This document shows positions 35,668-35,690 of a DNA stretch of 35,690 nucleotides, piece after piece; positions within the stretch are counted from its first letter, which is position 1, and each line of letters begins with the position of its first letter. Source of the DNA: Deltaproteobacteria bacterium (lineage in GTDB: Bacteria > CG2-30-53-67); contig JAADIO010000036.1 in assembly GCA_013151235.1 (NCBI GenBank), positions 1-35,690 of the forward strand. The letters are read 5' to 3'. The notes beneath the pieces were generated by a model that ran no database searches, was not told the origin of the DNA, and worked only from the letters and a program-made list of their open reading frames with translations. The position numbers and the translations under genes are program-made.

Positions 35668-35690
35668 TTAATCTTGAGTCTGAATCACCG

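Overview
This is a GC-rich bacterial chromosomal segment made mostly of housekeeping genes. Its gene content and order suggest a Desulfobacterota/Nitrospirota-like lineage (inference). It opens with the 3' end of an IS110-family recombinase followed by a ~410-nt structured non-coding end (bridge/seek-RNA candidate), and a frameshifted ArnT-like glycosyltransferase remnant. Core genes follow: a DHH-CBS-tRNA nucleotidyltransferase with a DUF355 protein, a pentaheme cytochrome, merR/ihfA, EF-G2, prfB with its +1 frameshift, lysS and an orphan lolC/E. Next comes an unusual MshEN-fused PilT-type ATPase, facing a pgsA-plsY-TPR-DUF4388/MshEN/GspG-small protein operon. Then a Crp/Fnr regulator, tkt-zwf-pgl-pentaheme cytochrome, larE, amgK, amidase-GerMN-murI-rph-rdgB and five tRNAs (Pro-TGG, Arg-TCT, His-GTG, Arg-TCG, Lys-CTT). 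After the tRNAs lies a decayed region with IS21 istA, DUF4143 ATPase and transketolase remnants, then a cytochrome P460-family gene and terminal REP-like tandem repeats. The most notable items are the IS110 non-coding end and the putative c-di-GMP/pilus module at 13.9-19.2 kb. All calls come from motif reading by eye; no searches were run.
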